Shown here: positions 40,915-50,315 of the stretch, in pieces
How positions within the stretch are numbered: the first letter of the stretch is position 1
How the letters are laid out: every line of letters starts with the position of its first letter
Origin: a virus
Lineage: Duplodnaviria; Caudoviricetes
DNA: 64,000 bases
Reading direction: 5' to 3' (one strand)
Virus record (IMG/VR): IMGVR_UViG_3300020414_000008
Coordinates: 96,001 to 160,000 of that record
Position numbers and translations under genes: made by a program
Notes under the pieces: model-generated
Seen by the model: only the letters and a program-made list of their open reading frames with translations
Told to the model about the DNA's origin: nothing
Databases searched by the model: none

Positions 40915-41844
40915 ATGACAAACTTAGGTTACGCATGTATTAACATGACATTGGGTTCTCAGAAACCCAAGGTTACCACAAACCGTGGTATGATTAAACG
41001 AACCTTCCTTAGTGAAGGTGTAAAGTATTCTTCAGAACTTGCTCTACAGAATACACGAGACTTGATTGAGGTTATCAAGTGGAATCACAAAAACGGATTC
41101 AAATTGTTTCGTATGACTTCCAACCTCATCCCTTGGTCATCGGAGTTCCCACTCAGTTCAATGCCTGACTATCGTAAAATTTCTATTCTACTGAATGGTG
41201 CAGGTAATCTTGCTGATAAGTATGGACAACGTATAACGTCACATCCTGGCCCTTTCAATGTTCTTGTATCACCAAACGAGAAAGTCGTTCAGAACACGAT
41301 TACGGACCTTTCTATACACGGTGAGATATTTGACTTGATGGGTCTTAGTAGAACTCCTTACAACAAAATCAATATTCACTGTAATGGTGTCTATGGTGAC
41401 AAACAATCTGCGATGGATAGATTCTGTAAGAACTTTGAGAAGTTACCCGAGTCTGTACAAACTCGATTGACTGTAGAAAACGATGACAAAGCAAGTATGT
41501 ATTCAGTAAAAGACTTAATGTATATACACGAAAGAATTGGTATTCCTATTGTGTTCGATTATCATCACCATACATTCAATACAGGTGGTCTGACCGAACA
41601 AGAAGCATTAGAACTTGCTATGTCTACTTGGGGTGATATCAAACCTATTGTACATTACTCTGAGTCAAGAACTCTTGAAGATGAGACTGCAAAACCACAA
41701 GCTCACTCTGATTTTATATATTCTGAAATCAACACATATGGTCACGACCTTGATATTGTTGTTGAAGCTAAGAAAAAAGAACTAACTGTTCAGAAATATC
41801 TTTCCATTTATGGTAGACACGGAAAGGGCATAGTTGGGGGATAG
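40915..41844 (+). CDS. uvsE: UV-damage endonuclease
   Basis: LGYACIN, R.TSHPGPFNVL, VENDD, FDYHHH, HYSES, AHSD, EAKKKE. Confidence 0.93.
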   Translation: MTNLGYACINMTLGSQKPKVTTNRGMIKRTFLSEGVKYSSELALQNTRDLIEVIKWNHKNGFKLFRMTSNLIPWSSEFPLSSMPDYRKISILLNGAGNLADKYGQRITSHPGPFNVLVSPNEKVVQNTITDLSIHGEIFDLMGLSRTPYNKINIHCNGVYGDKQSAMDRFCKNFEKLPESVQTRLTVENDDKASMYSVKDLMYIHERIGIPIVFDYHHHTFNTGGLTEQEALELAMSTWGDIKPIVHYSESRTLEDETAKPQAHSDFIYSEINTYGHDLDIVVEAKKKELTVQKYLSIYGRHGKGIVGG

Positions 41845-41995
41845 CTTGGTTTTATTTATTTAATTAATTTTCTTATTGATATTTATACTACAGAATAACA
41901 CTAAGTTAACTAAGCTTTTAAGTATACTTAAGCACTTGGTGTTTTAGTATAAGTACAATTTTAAAAGTTAATAAAACCAATTTTTAGGAAAAAAA

Positions 41996-43153
41996 ATGAA
42001 AAATATTTTTAACAGGTCAAATGGTTTTATCTTATTGATGATTTTAAGTACCTTCTCGGTAGCAGGTGCAGCAGCATATTATTCAGTATTTGGATTAAGT
42101 TCTTTATTCGCAGGTGCAAAGTTTGAAGTCATCATTATGGCAGCAGCATTAGAAGTCGCAAAACTTGTGACTGCTTCATACCTACATAACAATTGGAAAA
42201 ACGCAGGTTGGATGAAATGGTATCTATCACTTGCTGTTGTTGTACTAATGGTGATTACATCATTAGGTATCTACGGATTCTTAACATCAGCATACCAAAC
42301 AACTGCAGACCAATTAGGAGTTATGGAAAAGAAAGTGAATGTTATTGAGTTGAAGAAAGATAGATTTCAAGAACAACTTGATTATTTCAATACTGAAAAA
42401 AGTAACCTAACAGCATCTATTGTTGATTTGAGAAATGGTATCTCTAATAACAAGATACAGTATACAGATACTTTAGGTAGAATAATTACAACTCAATCAT
42501 CCTCAACAAGAAAATTATTAACAAGAGAGTTAGAGACTGCCGTTCAATCAAGGTCAGAGATAAACATCAAGATAGAACAATTAACAGACTCAATAACAAA
42601 ACTTGATTTACAAGTATTAGACTTGGAATCTAACAATGAAGTTGCAGCAGAAATAGGACCATTGAGATATATGGCAGAACTAACAGGTAAACCTATGAAT
42701 ATAATTGTAAATTGGTTTACACTGTTGATAGTATTTGTATTTGACCCATTAGCAATTGCGATGGTCATTGCATTAAATAAATTAATTGGAAGGAATAAGA
42801 ATGGAAACCACGGAGATAATGATGTTGATAGCAACGATACTGATAGCATCGATGATAGGGATATCAATAATAGCACTCCTGTTTTGTCTGAGAACGATGG
42901 GGACGAGGTATCTCAACACGAAGAACCATTGGGAACAAGTGGAGAGGAAGAACAAGAGAAAGAAGTGGAAGAAGTTTTGGAAGTCCCACAAGACAAAGAA
43001 GAAGACAGGGTAAGAGGGTTTAAATTACCTGATGAGGCGAGAGGATTTACACCACCTGAAGAAAATAAAAGAATTCTTTATGGTGAAGAACAGGTAGCTA
43101 AAGAACCTAAACCTAAACCAATACCCAAACACGTTTACGGAAGAAAAATATAA
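41996..43153 (+). CDS. membrane protein with long coiled coil
   Basis: Three N-terminal TMs, coiled coil, TM with VFDPLA, acidic tail. Confidence 0.65.
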   Translation: MKNIFNRSNGFILLMILSTFSVAGAAAYYSVFGLSSLFAGAKFEVIIMAAALEVAKLVTASYLHNNWKNAGWMKWYLSLAVVVLMVITSLGIYGFLTSAYQTTADQLGVMEKKVNVIELKKDRFQEQLDYFNTEKSNLTASIVDLRNGISNNKIQYTDTLGRIITTQSSSTRKLLTRELETAVQSRSEINIKIEQLTDSITKLDLQVLDLESNNEVAAEIGPLRYMAELTGKPMNIIVNWFTLLIVFVFDPLAIAMVIALNKLIGRNKNGNHGDNDVDSNDTDSIDDRDINNSTPVLSENDGDEVSQHEEPLGTSGEEEQEKEVEEVLEVPQDKEEDRVRGFKLPDEARGFTPPEENKRILYGEEQVAKEPKPKPIPKHVYGRKI

Positions 43154-43217
43154 ACTCAACAAAACATTTGGTAATTACAAAAATTATTTGTATATTAGTA
43201 ACAAATTAAATTAAACT

Positions 43218-43874
43218 ATGAGTGAAACACTATACGGCGAAGAGTTTAACGAAGAAAACTTAGATAACGAGTTAGACAAAGCAGAGAGAGTACAGAAGTC
43301 AGAATCAACGGAGAACGATTTGGATAGAAAATACTTCAGACAGTTTGATTATGGTATTGACACTAAAGATAACGTGATTATCATTGAAGGTGAAATACAA
43401 TCAGGACTTACATTTGATATTATAGCTAAAACGAGATTACTAAACAATTTAGCAGGAGAAGACATTAAGACATTTAATATCTTATTGAATTCGCCAGGTG
43501 GTGATGTTATAGAAACACTTGGGTTAATCGATTTTATGAAATCTCAAGAAAAGTATGGTGTCAAGTTTAATGTAATAGTAAGAGGTGGAGCAATGTCAGC
43601 AGCAGCACTCTTGTTGACTTGTGCTACAGGAACCCGAATGGTTTCTAAACACTCTAAGATTATGGTACACCAATTGTCTACAATAGTAGTAGGTAAGTTG
43701 AGTGATGTTAAATCTAACGCTAAATTTAGTGAGGAGTTAGAAAAAGAGTGTAACGTGTTGATGGCAGAACACAGTAAGAAGGACCAAGAGTATTGGGAAA
43801 ATATTTCTTCAACAGATTACTTCATGTCTTCTGACAAAGCACTTGAATTAGGAATAATAGATAAAATAATATAA
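43218..43874 (+). CDS. clpP: ClpP-like serine protease
   Basis: NSPGGDV, AMSAA (Ser), MVHQ (His), DYFM (Asp), ALELGIIDKI. Confidence 0.88.
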   Translation: MSETLYGEEFNEENLDNELDKAERVQKSESTENDLDRKYFRQFDYGIDTKDNVIIIEGEIQSGLTFDIIAKTRLLNNLAGEDIKTFNILLNSPGGDVIETLGLIDFMKSQEKYGVKFNVIVRGGAMSAAALLLTCATGTRMVSKHSKIMVHQLSTIVVGKLSDVKSNAKFSEELEKECNVLMAEHSKKDQEYWENISSTDYFMSSDKALELGIIDKII

Positions 43875-43875
43875 A

Positions 43876-44658
43876 ATGACAAATTTCTTTACAGCAGAGG
43901 AACTTAAAAGTAATTATGAAAAGTTCCGAAAACTAATCAACAAATCCTTTACAGGTGAGAGATTAGAAAAACTAAACAAAATGTATGACCACTTTGAAGA
44001 TAGAATTATCTACACACCTGCGTCATCATTTGAACACTTCCACAATTCATTTCCTGGCGGATACATCGACCATGTACTTAGAGTGACAAGAAACGCACTT
44101 AAGTTATATGATATGTATTTGGAATTAGGTATGATAGAGGAAGGTGAGATATCTAAAGAATCCGTAATCTTTTCAGCTATACATCACGACTTAGGTAAGT
44201 TGGGTTCTGTTGACGCAGACCACTATCTAAAAAATGATTCAGAATGGCATAGAAAGAATCAAGGTAAAATGTATAAGTTAAATCCAAGTAACCATTATAT
44301 GGATACACACGATAGAACTTTCTTTCACCTTATACACTTTGGAATTAAATTAACTGAAGAGGAATTCTTAGGTATTAGATTAACAGATGGGGTTTATGAT
44401 GAATCAAGTAGAGAATACTTGAGACAGTTTAATAAAGACAAAGTTTTGAAAACAATGTTACCACATATCTTACATCAAGCAGATATGATGGCATCTAAGT
44501 TTGAATTCCAAAGATGGAAAAAAAGTTCTGACAAATCAAAAGGAACTCGTAATCCAAATGGAAGACCGTCAACCCAATCTAAGTTAAGTAACGCATTCAC
44601 AAGTACAGAAAATAAAGTAAATGTATTTGACGCGTTTAAAGATATAGTAGAAGATTAA
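43876..44658 (+). CDS. HD-domain phosphohydrolase
   Basis: HNSFPGGYIDH, HHDLGK, LHQADM. Confidence 0.85.
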   Translation: MTNFFTAEELKSNYEKFRKLINKSFTGERLEKLNKMYDHFEDRIIYTPASSFEHFHNSFPGGYIDHVLRVTRNALKLYDMYLELGMIEEGEISKESVIFSAIHHDLGKLGSVDADHYLKNDSEWHRKNQGKMYKLNPSNHYMDTHDRTFFHLIHFGIKLTEEEFLGIRLTDGVYDESSREYLRQFNKDKVLKTMLPHILHQADMMASKFEFQRWKKSSDKSKGTRNPNGRPSTQSKLSNAFTSTENKVNVFDAFKDIVED

Positions 44659-44666
44659 TAAACATT

Positions 44667-44960
44667 ATGACAGAAATAATAGTAATCAGTGTACTATCAT
44701 TATCAACCGTTGTATTAGGATTTACAACTTGGAACCTTCTTAGAAAGAATGAAGCGACTGAGGATGTGATTGAAGAACAGGAAGAGATGATAGCAAACAT
44801 AGCAGGTAGAATTGATGATTCTATGCAAAAAATGAAAGAGTTAGATACGAAAGGTGCGTTTGAAGCAGACGATGAGACAGGAACAGTATTTAAACAATTA
44901 TACGAAGTCATTGAAAAATTAGAAACGTATTATGCCGAGGAAACGAAGGAAGAGGAGTAA
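44667..44960 (+). CDS. membrane-anchored coiled-coil protein
   Basis: N-terminal TM; GAFEADDETG. Confidence 0.55.
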   Translation: MTEIIVISVLSLSTVVLGFTTWNLLRKNEATEDVIEEQEEMIANIAGRIDDSMQKMKELDTKGAFEADDETGTVFKQLYEVIEKLETYYAEETKEEE

Positions 44961-45651
44961 AAGATATTTTACAAAGATAACAGAAATCGCAATAAACGCG
45001 TATAATAATTCTGATGATGACAAGTTAAAGAATAAAATCTATAACAGGTTTATTCATTATCCATTTGATAAACTATCTGAAAATGTAATTCACACATACA
45101 AGACTTACTACTTTGACGTACCATATGATGACGTGAAAGCAAATGTAGTCGCGTTTCTAAATCAGAAGATAGATAAGTTCAATGGAACAAATGGTAGAGC
45201 ATTCTCATACTTTACAGTTGTAGCTAGAAACTACTTGTTTAATGAGAATAATCAGAACTACCAAAGAATGAAACAAAAGACTGAGGTAAAGTACATTGAC
45301 ACTTCAAGAAATATAACAAACGAAGTATATGAACAAAACCTAAAAGACAGTATGTCTGATTTCTTTGACTTCTATGTTAGATATATTGACGCAAATCTAT
45401 ATAAGATGTTTGATAAACCAAGAGACCAAAAGATTGCTGATTCAATAAACGAATTATTTAGAACACGAAGAGACCTGTATTCTTACAACAAAAAGGCACT
45501 TTACATACTTATTAGAGAGAGGACAGGAGTCCAAACTCAATATATAACAAAAGTAATTGGAAAACTAAAATTAGTATACAAGGAACTATACATTGATTAT
45601 CTGAACGTAGGAAACCTCAGACTCAATCATAGAATAGAGGAGTTTATCTAA
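44932..45651 (+). CDS. phage sigma-like (gp55-type) late transcription factor
   Basis: KF...GRAFSYFTVVARNYL resembles sigma region 2 / gp55 FAYFT; precedes structural genes. Confidence 0.6.
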   Translation: MPRKRRKRSKRYFTKITEIAINAYNNSDDDKLKNKIYNRFIHYPFDKLSENVIHTYKTYYFDVPYDDVKANVVAFLNQKIDKFNGTNGRAFSYFTVVARNYLFNENNQNYQRMKQKTEVKYIDTSRNITNEVYEQNLKDSMSDFFDFYVRYIDANLYKMFDKPRDQKIADSINELFRTRRDLYSYNKKALYILIRERTGVQTQYITKVIGKLKLVYKELYIDYLNVGNLRLNHRIEEFI

Positions 45652-46010
45652 TGAACATAGAAGACGAAATTTTTAAAGGAAGGTCATTTCAAGATTTGAT
45701 GTCAGACATTTATTCAAATCAAAAAAAGAAAGACCGACAAATAAAACTACTGATTGCACAACTTGAACCAATGGTCAAGAACCTAAATGATGCTTCAGTA
45801 GTTGTTCCTTTAATAAAAGAATATCTTGAGATATCTGTAAAGAACGATGACGCATTAATTAAGTTAGCAGCAATCGTACAGAGATTAATGAAAGATAACA
45901 ACAACGAAGGTGGTGGTCTATTATTAAGTGACGAAGAGAAAAGACAACTAATGGATGCCATAGACGAGGTAGAAAAGGACCTACCTGTCAAAGGAGACGA
46001 AGATGAGTAA
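45651..46010 (+). CDS. conserved helical hypothetical protein
   Basis: Coupled between the sigma-like and baseplate genes. Confidence 0.55.
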   Translation: MNIEDEIFKGRSFQDLMSDIYSNQKKKDRQIKLLIAQLEPMVKNLNDASVVVPLIKEYLEISVKNDDALIKLAAIVQRLMKDNNNEGGGLLLSDEEKRQLMDAIDEVEKDLPVKGDEDE

Positions 46011-46965
46011 TCTTTATGGACTTGTAACAAAGATAGAGTTAGTAGATAGTGATGGTGATAACCTACATGGAATAGAAGTAGCGATAAAAACCTCTACAGG
46101 GTCTTCACTAACTACAGAAATCGTATATCCACTTGACGTAAATATCAAAAGAGTTCCCGTAGTAGGTGAACTTGTTTACTTAGTAAAAGGAAAAAGTTCT
46201 GATAGCAAAACGAGTGGTGGTGGAAGACGATATTTTTATGTTACAAGTAATTCACTACAACACAATATAAACCACAATGTACTACCAAAGTCAATAACCG
46301 CATCAAAAGGTAAAGGTGGGTCAAGTGGTTACGATGAAGCAGCAGCAGGTAATCCTGAATCCAATAACGAAAAAGATTTTGAATTTGAAGCAGGTTTTGA
46401 TGAAGTAAAAGACTTATCAGGACTTCAACCATTTAGTGGTGACGTTTTGATAGAAGGTAGATATGGTCAATCAATAAGACTTGGTCACACACCGTCAGGA
46501 GCAGGTACATCAAAAGACCCAAGTTGGAGTGGTGACCCAACTAAACCAATAACAATAATTAGAAACCATCAAGAAGAAGGTGGTTGGAATAAATTTGTTA
46601 TTGAAGATGTTGATAAAGATGATTCGTCAATTTATTTAACATCGGGACAGACTGTAAAATTATCAACACCAAATTCTTTACCACCAATATCTGCGACAAG
46701 TGGATATAGTGATAAAGGTATCTTCATGAACTCGGGTAGAATTCATTTGAACGCAAGAGACGAATCAATTATACTATCGTCTAAAGATAATCTTGCTATT
46801 AGTACAAGTGGATATAAGTTATTACTAAATGAGTATTTAGATGACTTATTAGAGATACTAAAAATAATAGCAGACGGAAAGTATCCAACACCCGTTGGTC
46901 CTACAGGTCCATTAGCACCTGCAGTATCTAAAGTGGCAGCACTTAAAGCTAAGATTAGTCAATAG
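46003..46965 (+). CDS. baseplate hub/spike (gp5-like)
   Basis: OB-like P..GELV, GDVLIEGRYGQSIRL, C-terminal PTPVGPTGP; context. Confidence 0.6.
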   Translation: MSNLYGLVTKIELVDSDGDNLHGIEVAIKTSTGSSLTTEIVYPLDVNIKRVPVVGELVYLVKGKSSDSKTSGGGRRYFYVTSNSLQHNINHNVLPKSITASKGKGGSSGYDEAAAGNPESNNEKDFEFEAGFDEVKDLSGLQPFSGDVLIEGRYGQSIRLGHTPSGAGTSKDPSWSGDPTKPITIIRNHQEEGGWNKFVIEDVDKDDSSIYLTSGQTVKLSTPNSLPPISATSGYSDKGIFMNSGRIHLNARDESIILSSKDNLAISTSGYKLLLNEYLDDLLEILKIIADGKYPTPVGPTGPLAPAVSKVAALKAKISQ

Positions 46966-46974
46966 GAAGTTACA

Positions 46975-47454
46975 ATGCCTTTAATAAAAGCAAATTTAAA
47001 AAACGATATCTTAAATTATTTTAATGCGGTAGATGATGGAACCACATATGAATCCGCAGCAGAAACAATAGGTGAGGCAATTATTTCCTATTCTAATCCA
47101 ATAATATATGCAGTCAATGGTAAACCACCAATGGACCAATCATTTAAAGCAAATCTTGCTACGAGTGCAATACCAAGTGCACCAAACGGTAAACTTATGT
47201 TAATGTTTGCAGATTGGTTAGCAGCGTATACTGCTCAATTTCCCGCGGGAATGATAGCGGCGGGAGCAACAGCAGCAACTCCACCAGCAGGATTAGGAGC
47301 GTTAAAGATAACATTATTAACTATTTGGGGTACCCCCGTGTCCCCCATATATCAATCAAGACAAATATTTGCGACTAAGTTTTCAAATGCTGTTGACGTG
47401 TATATGAGAACAGGAACATACACAATTGGTACAACAGTTTCACCTTGGTCGTAA
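46975..47454 (+). CDS. putative baseplate-associated protein
   Basis: Context only. Confidence 0.45.
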   Translation: MPLIKANLKNDILNYFNAVDDGTTYESAAETIGEAIISYSNPIIYAVNGKPPMDQSFKANLATSAIPSAPNGKLMLMFADWLAAYTAQFPAGMIAAGATAATPPAGLGALKITLLTIWGTPVSPIYQSRQIFATKFSNAVDVYMRTGTYTIGTTVSPWS

Positions 47455-47498
47455 TAATAATTTAATTAAATCATATTTATATAAAAACAAATACAATT

Positions 47499-47945
47499 AT
47501 GGACACTAATAAATTTGTAAAAGCGTTAAAACTCTTAATAAAAGAAGAGGTTCGTAAGGAAGTTGAAAAACAAAAAACAACTATCAGAGAATCTGTTATT
47601 AAAGAGATGAGTACGCCTCAAACTAAAACTCAAAGTAAAAAACCAAAGGTCAAGTTCAAGGGTAACAAGTTTTCTGATTTGTTAAACGAAACAGTAGACA
47701 CTTGGGATACCATGGGTGGTCAAACCTTGACATCACAACATGCTCAAGGTATGGATAGACAAACTATGGCGTCGATGATGGGTCTTAGTAATCAACCAAC
47801 ACAACAATCAATGATACCAACACAAGATTCTGATGGTAGAGCAGTTGATGTAAACGCAGTGATGAACTCAGGTGTTGGTAACGCATTAACAAGAGACTAT
47901 TCTCAGTTAATGAAAGCAATAGATACGAAGAAGGGTAGAGTATAA
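47499..47945 (+). CDS. hypothetical protein
   Basis: TATTTATA upstream at 47474. Confidence 0.55.
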   Translation: MDTNKFVKALKLLIKEEVRKEVEKQKTTIRESVIKEMSTPQTKTQSKKPKVKFKGNKFSDLLNETVDTWDTMGGQTLTSQHAQGMDRQTMASMMGLSNQPTQQSMIPTQDSDGRAVDVNAVMNSGVGNALTRDYSQLMKAIDTKKGRV

Positions 47946-48382
47946 TGTCAAGAAAACGTGAAGAGAAAAAGTATCACCCATTAGACCTACAGAAAAACAT
48001 AGGTGTGGGTATTCCATTACCATTGGGTGGGACTCCTATATTCGCAAGCACGTTTACGACAGAAGAACAGGCACTATCTAACTTAAAAAACTTATTATTA
48101 ACAAGAAAAGGTGAGAGACCGTTTCAACCATTATTTGGAACTGATGTCCCATCTTTCTTGTTTGAAAATATAACAAAAAACCTACTTGACAATCTAAAAG
48201 CGGGATTGCAGAAGGATATAGAATTTTGGTTACCTTACATTAATATAAAAGAAATTATAGTAGATGATTTACCAAATGAAAATAGAATTAATATTTCTTT
48301 TTCGTTTTCTGTAGGAGAAAGTGGAGCAAATCAGATAATTATAGTAAACGTAGATGAACAGGGTAGTCTTTCAATCGCATAG
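47945..48382 (+). CDS. baseplate wedge gp25-like protein
   Basis: NLKNLLLTRKGERPFQPLFGT...LFE...WLPYI. Confidence 0.9.
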   Translation: MSRKREEKKYHPLDLQKNIGVGIPLPLGGTPIFASTFTTEEQALSNLKNLLLTRKGERPFQPLFGTDVPSFLFENITKNLLDNLKAGLQKDIEFWLPYINIKEIIVDDLPNENRINISFSFSVGESGANQIIIVNVDEQGSLSIA

Positions 48383-48391
48383 GGTTAGAAT

Positions 48392-50305
48392 ATGGCAGAC
48401 AAAATAAAAAAGGAAGTAAAACTTTTAGGAAGGGATTTTGGAGAAATAAGAAATAATCTTGTTGACTTCACAAAAACTTACTTCCCACAAACATATAACG
48501 ATTTTAACGAGTCATCGCCAGGTATGATGATATTGGAACTTGCGTCATATGTTGGTGACGTACTTTCTTACTATACTGATGTTCAGTTAAGAGAATCTTT
48601 ATTAGAAGAAGCTCAGGAAAAGAAAAATATATTTACAATCTCACAAGCATATGGTTACAAACCAAAACTAAATGTACCTGCTACAACAACCTTAAGTGTA
48701 TATCAAATAGTACCTTCAATAGGAAGTGGTGACAGTGTTAGACCCGATTGGAGATACGCTCTTACAATTAAAGAAGGAGCGACAGTAACCGCGGAATCTA
48801 ACGGTGAGGTTGAGTTTAGTACAAATCAAAAAGTAAGATTTAACTATTCATCTTCATTCGACCCGACTGAAGTTTCTGTTTATCAAATTGATGACAACAA
48901 CAACGAACCAATTAAATATCTTTTAAAGAAGTATGTAAAAGCAACAAGTGGTAAAGAAAAGACACAGACTTTTACATTTGGTACCCCAAAGATATATGAT
49001 AAAATTAGATTACAAGACGAAGACGGTCTTATAGATGTAATCAAAATATCTGATGATGACGGTGAGGATTGGACAAAGGTAGATTACCTTGGTCAAGACA
49101 CCGTATTTGAAGAAACTCCAAATACTGAAGAGTACTCATTAGAGTATTCAGCATATAGTTCTGATACACCTTCGTTACTAAAATTAAAAAAAGTACCGAA
49201 GAGATACATCACAAGAGTATCAGACGATGGTGAAATACATATTCAGTTTGGAGCAGGTATATCTGCAAACGCAGACGAAGAACTACTTCCTAACCCTGAC
49301 AATGTTGGGTCCGCATTATATAATGCAAGTGGTAACTTAAATCAAGGTTTAGACCCATCAAACTTTCTGTATTCTAAAACATATGGAGTAGCTCCTGCTA
49401 ACCAAACACTAACAGTTACATATAGAGTAAGTCAAGGTGTATCAGATAATGTTCCAAGTAATGATTTAACACAAATTGGAAACATTCAAATCGAAACATC
49501 AACGTTAGGACTTGATACATCATTGTACAATCAAGCAAGAAACTCTATAGCAATGTCAAACGAAGCAGCCGCAGTTGGTGGTAAGTTCGAAGAAACTGTT
49601 GATGAAGTAAGAGAAAATGCAAAAGCATATTTCGGAGCACAGAACAGGTCAGTAACAAGAGAAGACTATGTAGTTAGAACTTATGCGATGCCACCACAAT
49701 TTGGTTCGGTAGCAAAAGCATTTGTCGCTCCTGACTTTCAAATAGAGACATCATTAGATGATGGTCCTAATCCAATATCCAATCCACTTGGTATAAACTT
49801 TTATGTATTAGGATATGACTCAAACAAAAACATTACAGAACTAAATGTCGCAACAAAACAAAATCTTGCGAATTATTTATCGTTCTATAGAATACTTACA
49901 GATGCGATTAATATTAAAAACGCATACATTGTAAATATAGGAATCGATTTCGAGATAGTAGTAAAACCAAATTACAACTCAAATGAAATACTTTTAAAAT
50001 GTATAAGTAAATTAAGAGATTATTTTAAAGTAGACAACCAACAAATAAATCAACCGATATTATTGTCGGATGTATATGTCATGTTAGATGATGTAGATGG
50101 TGTACAGAGTGTTGTAAGACCTGACAAAGATGGACTTGGTGGATTACAAATCACCAACAAGTATGGTGGAACCTACTCACCGAGAAGATACGACATGAAA
50201 TACGCAACAAGAAATGGTGTAATCTATCCACCTAAAGACCCGTCTATATTTGAGGTTAAATATCCTGATACAGACATTAGAGGTAGAGTGGTACCATTAT
50301 TTTAA
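48392..50305 (+). CDS. baseplate wedge gp6/J-like protein
   Basis: RDF..I...L, DVLSYY.D..L.E, QFG.G, GG..EE...R, QNRSVTREDY. Confidence 0.88.
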   Translation: MADKIKKEVKLLGRDFGEIRNNLVDFTKTYFPQTYNDFNESSPGMMILELASYVGDVLSYYTDVQLRESLLEEAQEKKNIFTISQAYGYKPKLNVPATTTLSVYQIVPSIGSGDSVRPDWRYALTIKEGATVTAESNGEVEFSTNQKVRFNYSSSFDPTEVSVYQIDDNNNEPIKYLLKKYVKATSGKEKTQTFTFGTPKIYDKIRLQDEDGLIDVIKISDDDGEDWTKVDYLGQDTVFEETPNTEEYSLEYSAYSSDTPSLLKLKKVPKRYITRVSDDGEIHIQFGAGISANADEELLPNPDNVGSALYNASGNLNQGLDPSNFLYSKTYGVAPANQTLTVTYRVSQGVSDNVPSNDLTQIGNIQIETSTLGLDTSLYNQARNSIAMSNEAAAVGGKFEETVDEVRENAKAYFGAQNRSVTREDYVVRTYAMPPQFGSVAKAFVAPDFQIETSLDDGPNPISNPLGINFYVLGYDSNKNITELNVATKQNLANYLSFYRILTDAINIKNAYIVNIGIDFEIVVKPNYNSNEILLKCISKLRDYFKVDNQQINQPILLSDVYVMLDDVDGVQSVVRPDKDGLGGLQITNKYGGTYSPRRYDMKYATRNGVIYPPKDPSIFEVKYPDTDIRGRVVPLF

Positions 50306-50315
50306 GAGGTGAAAA

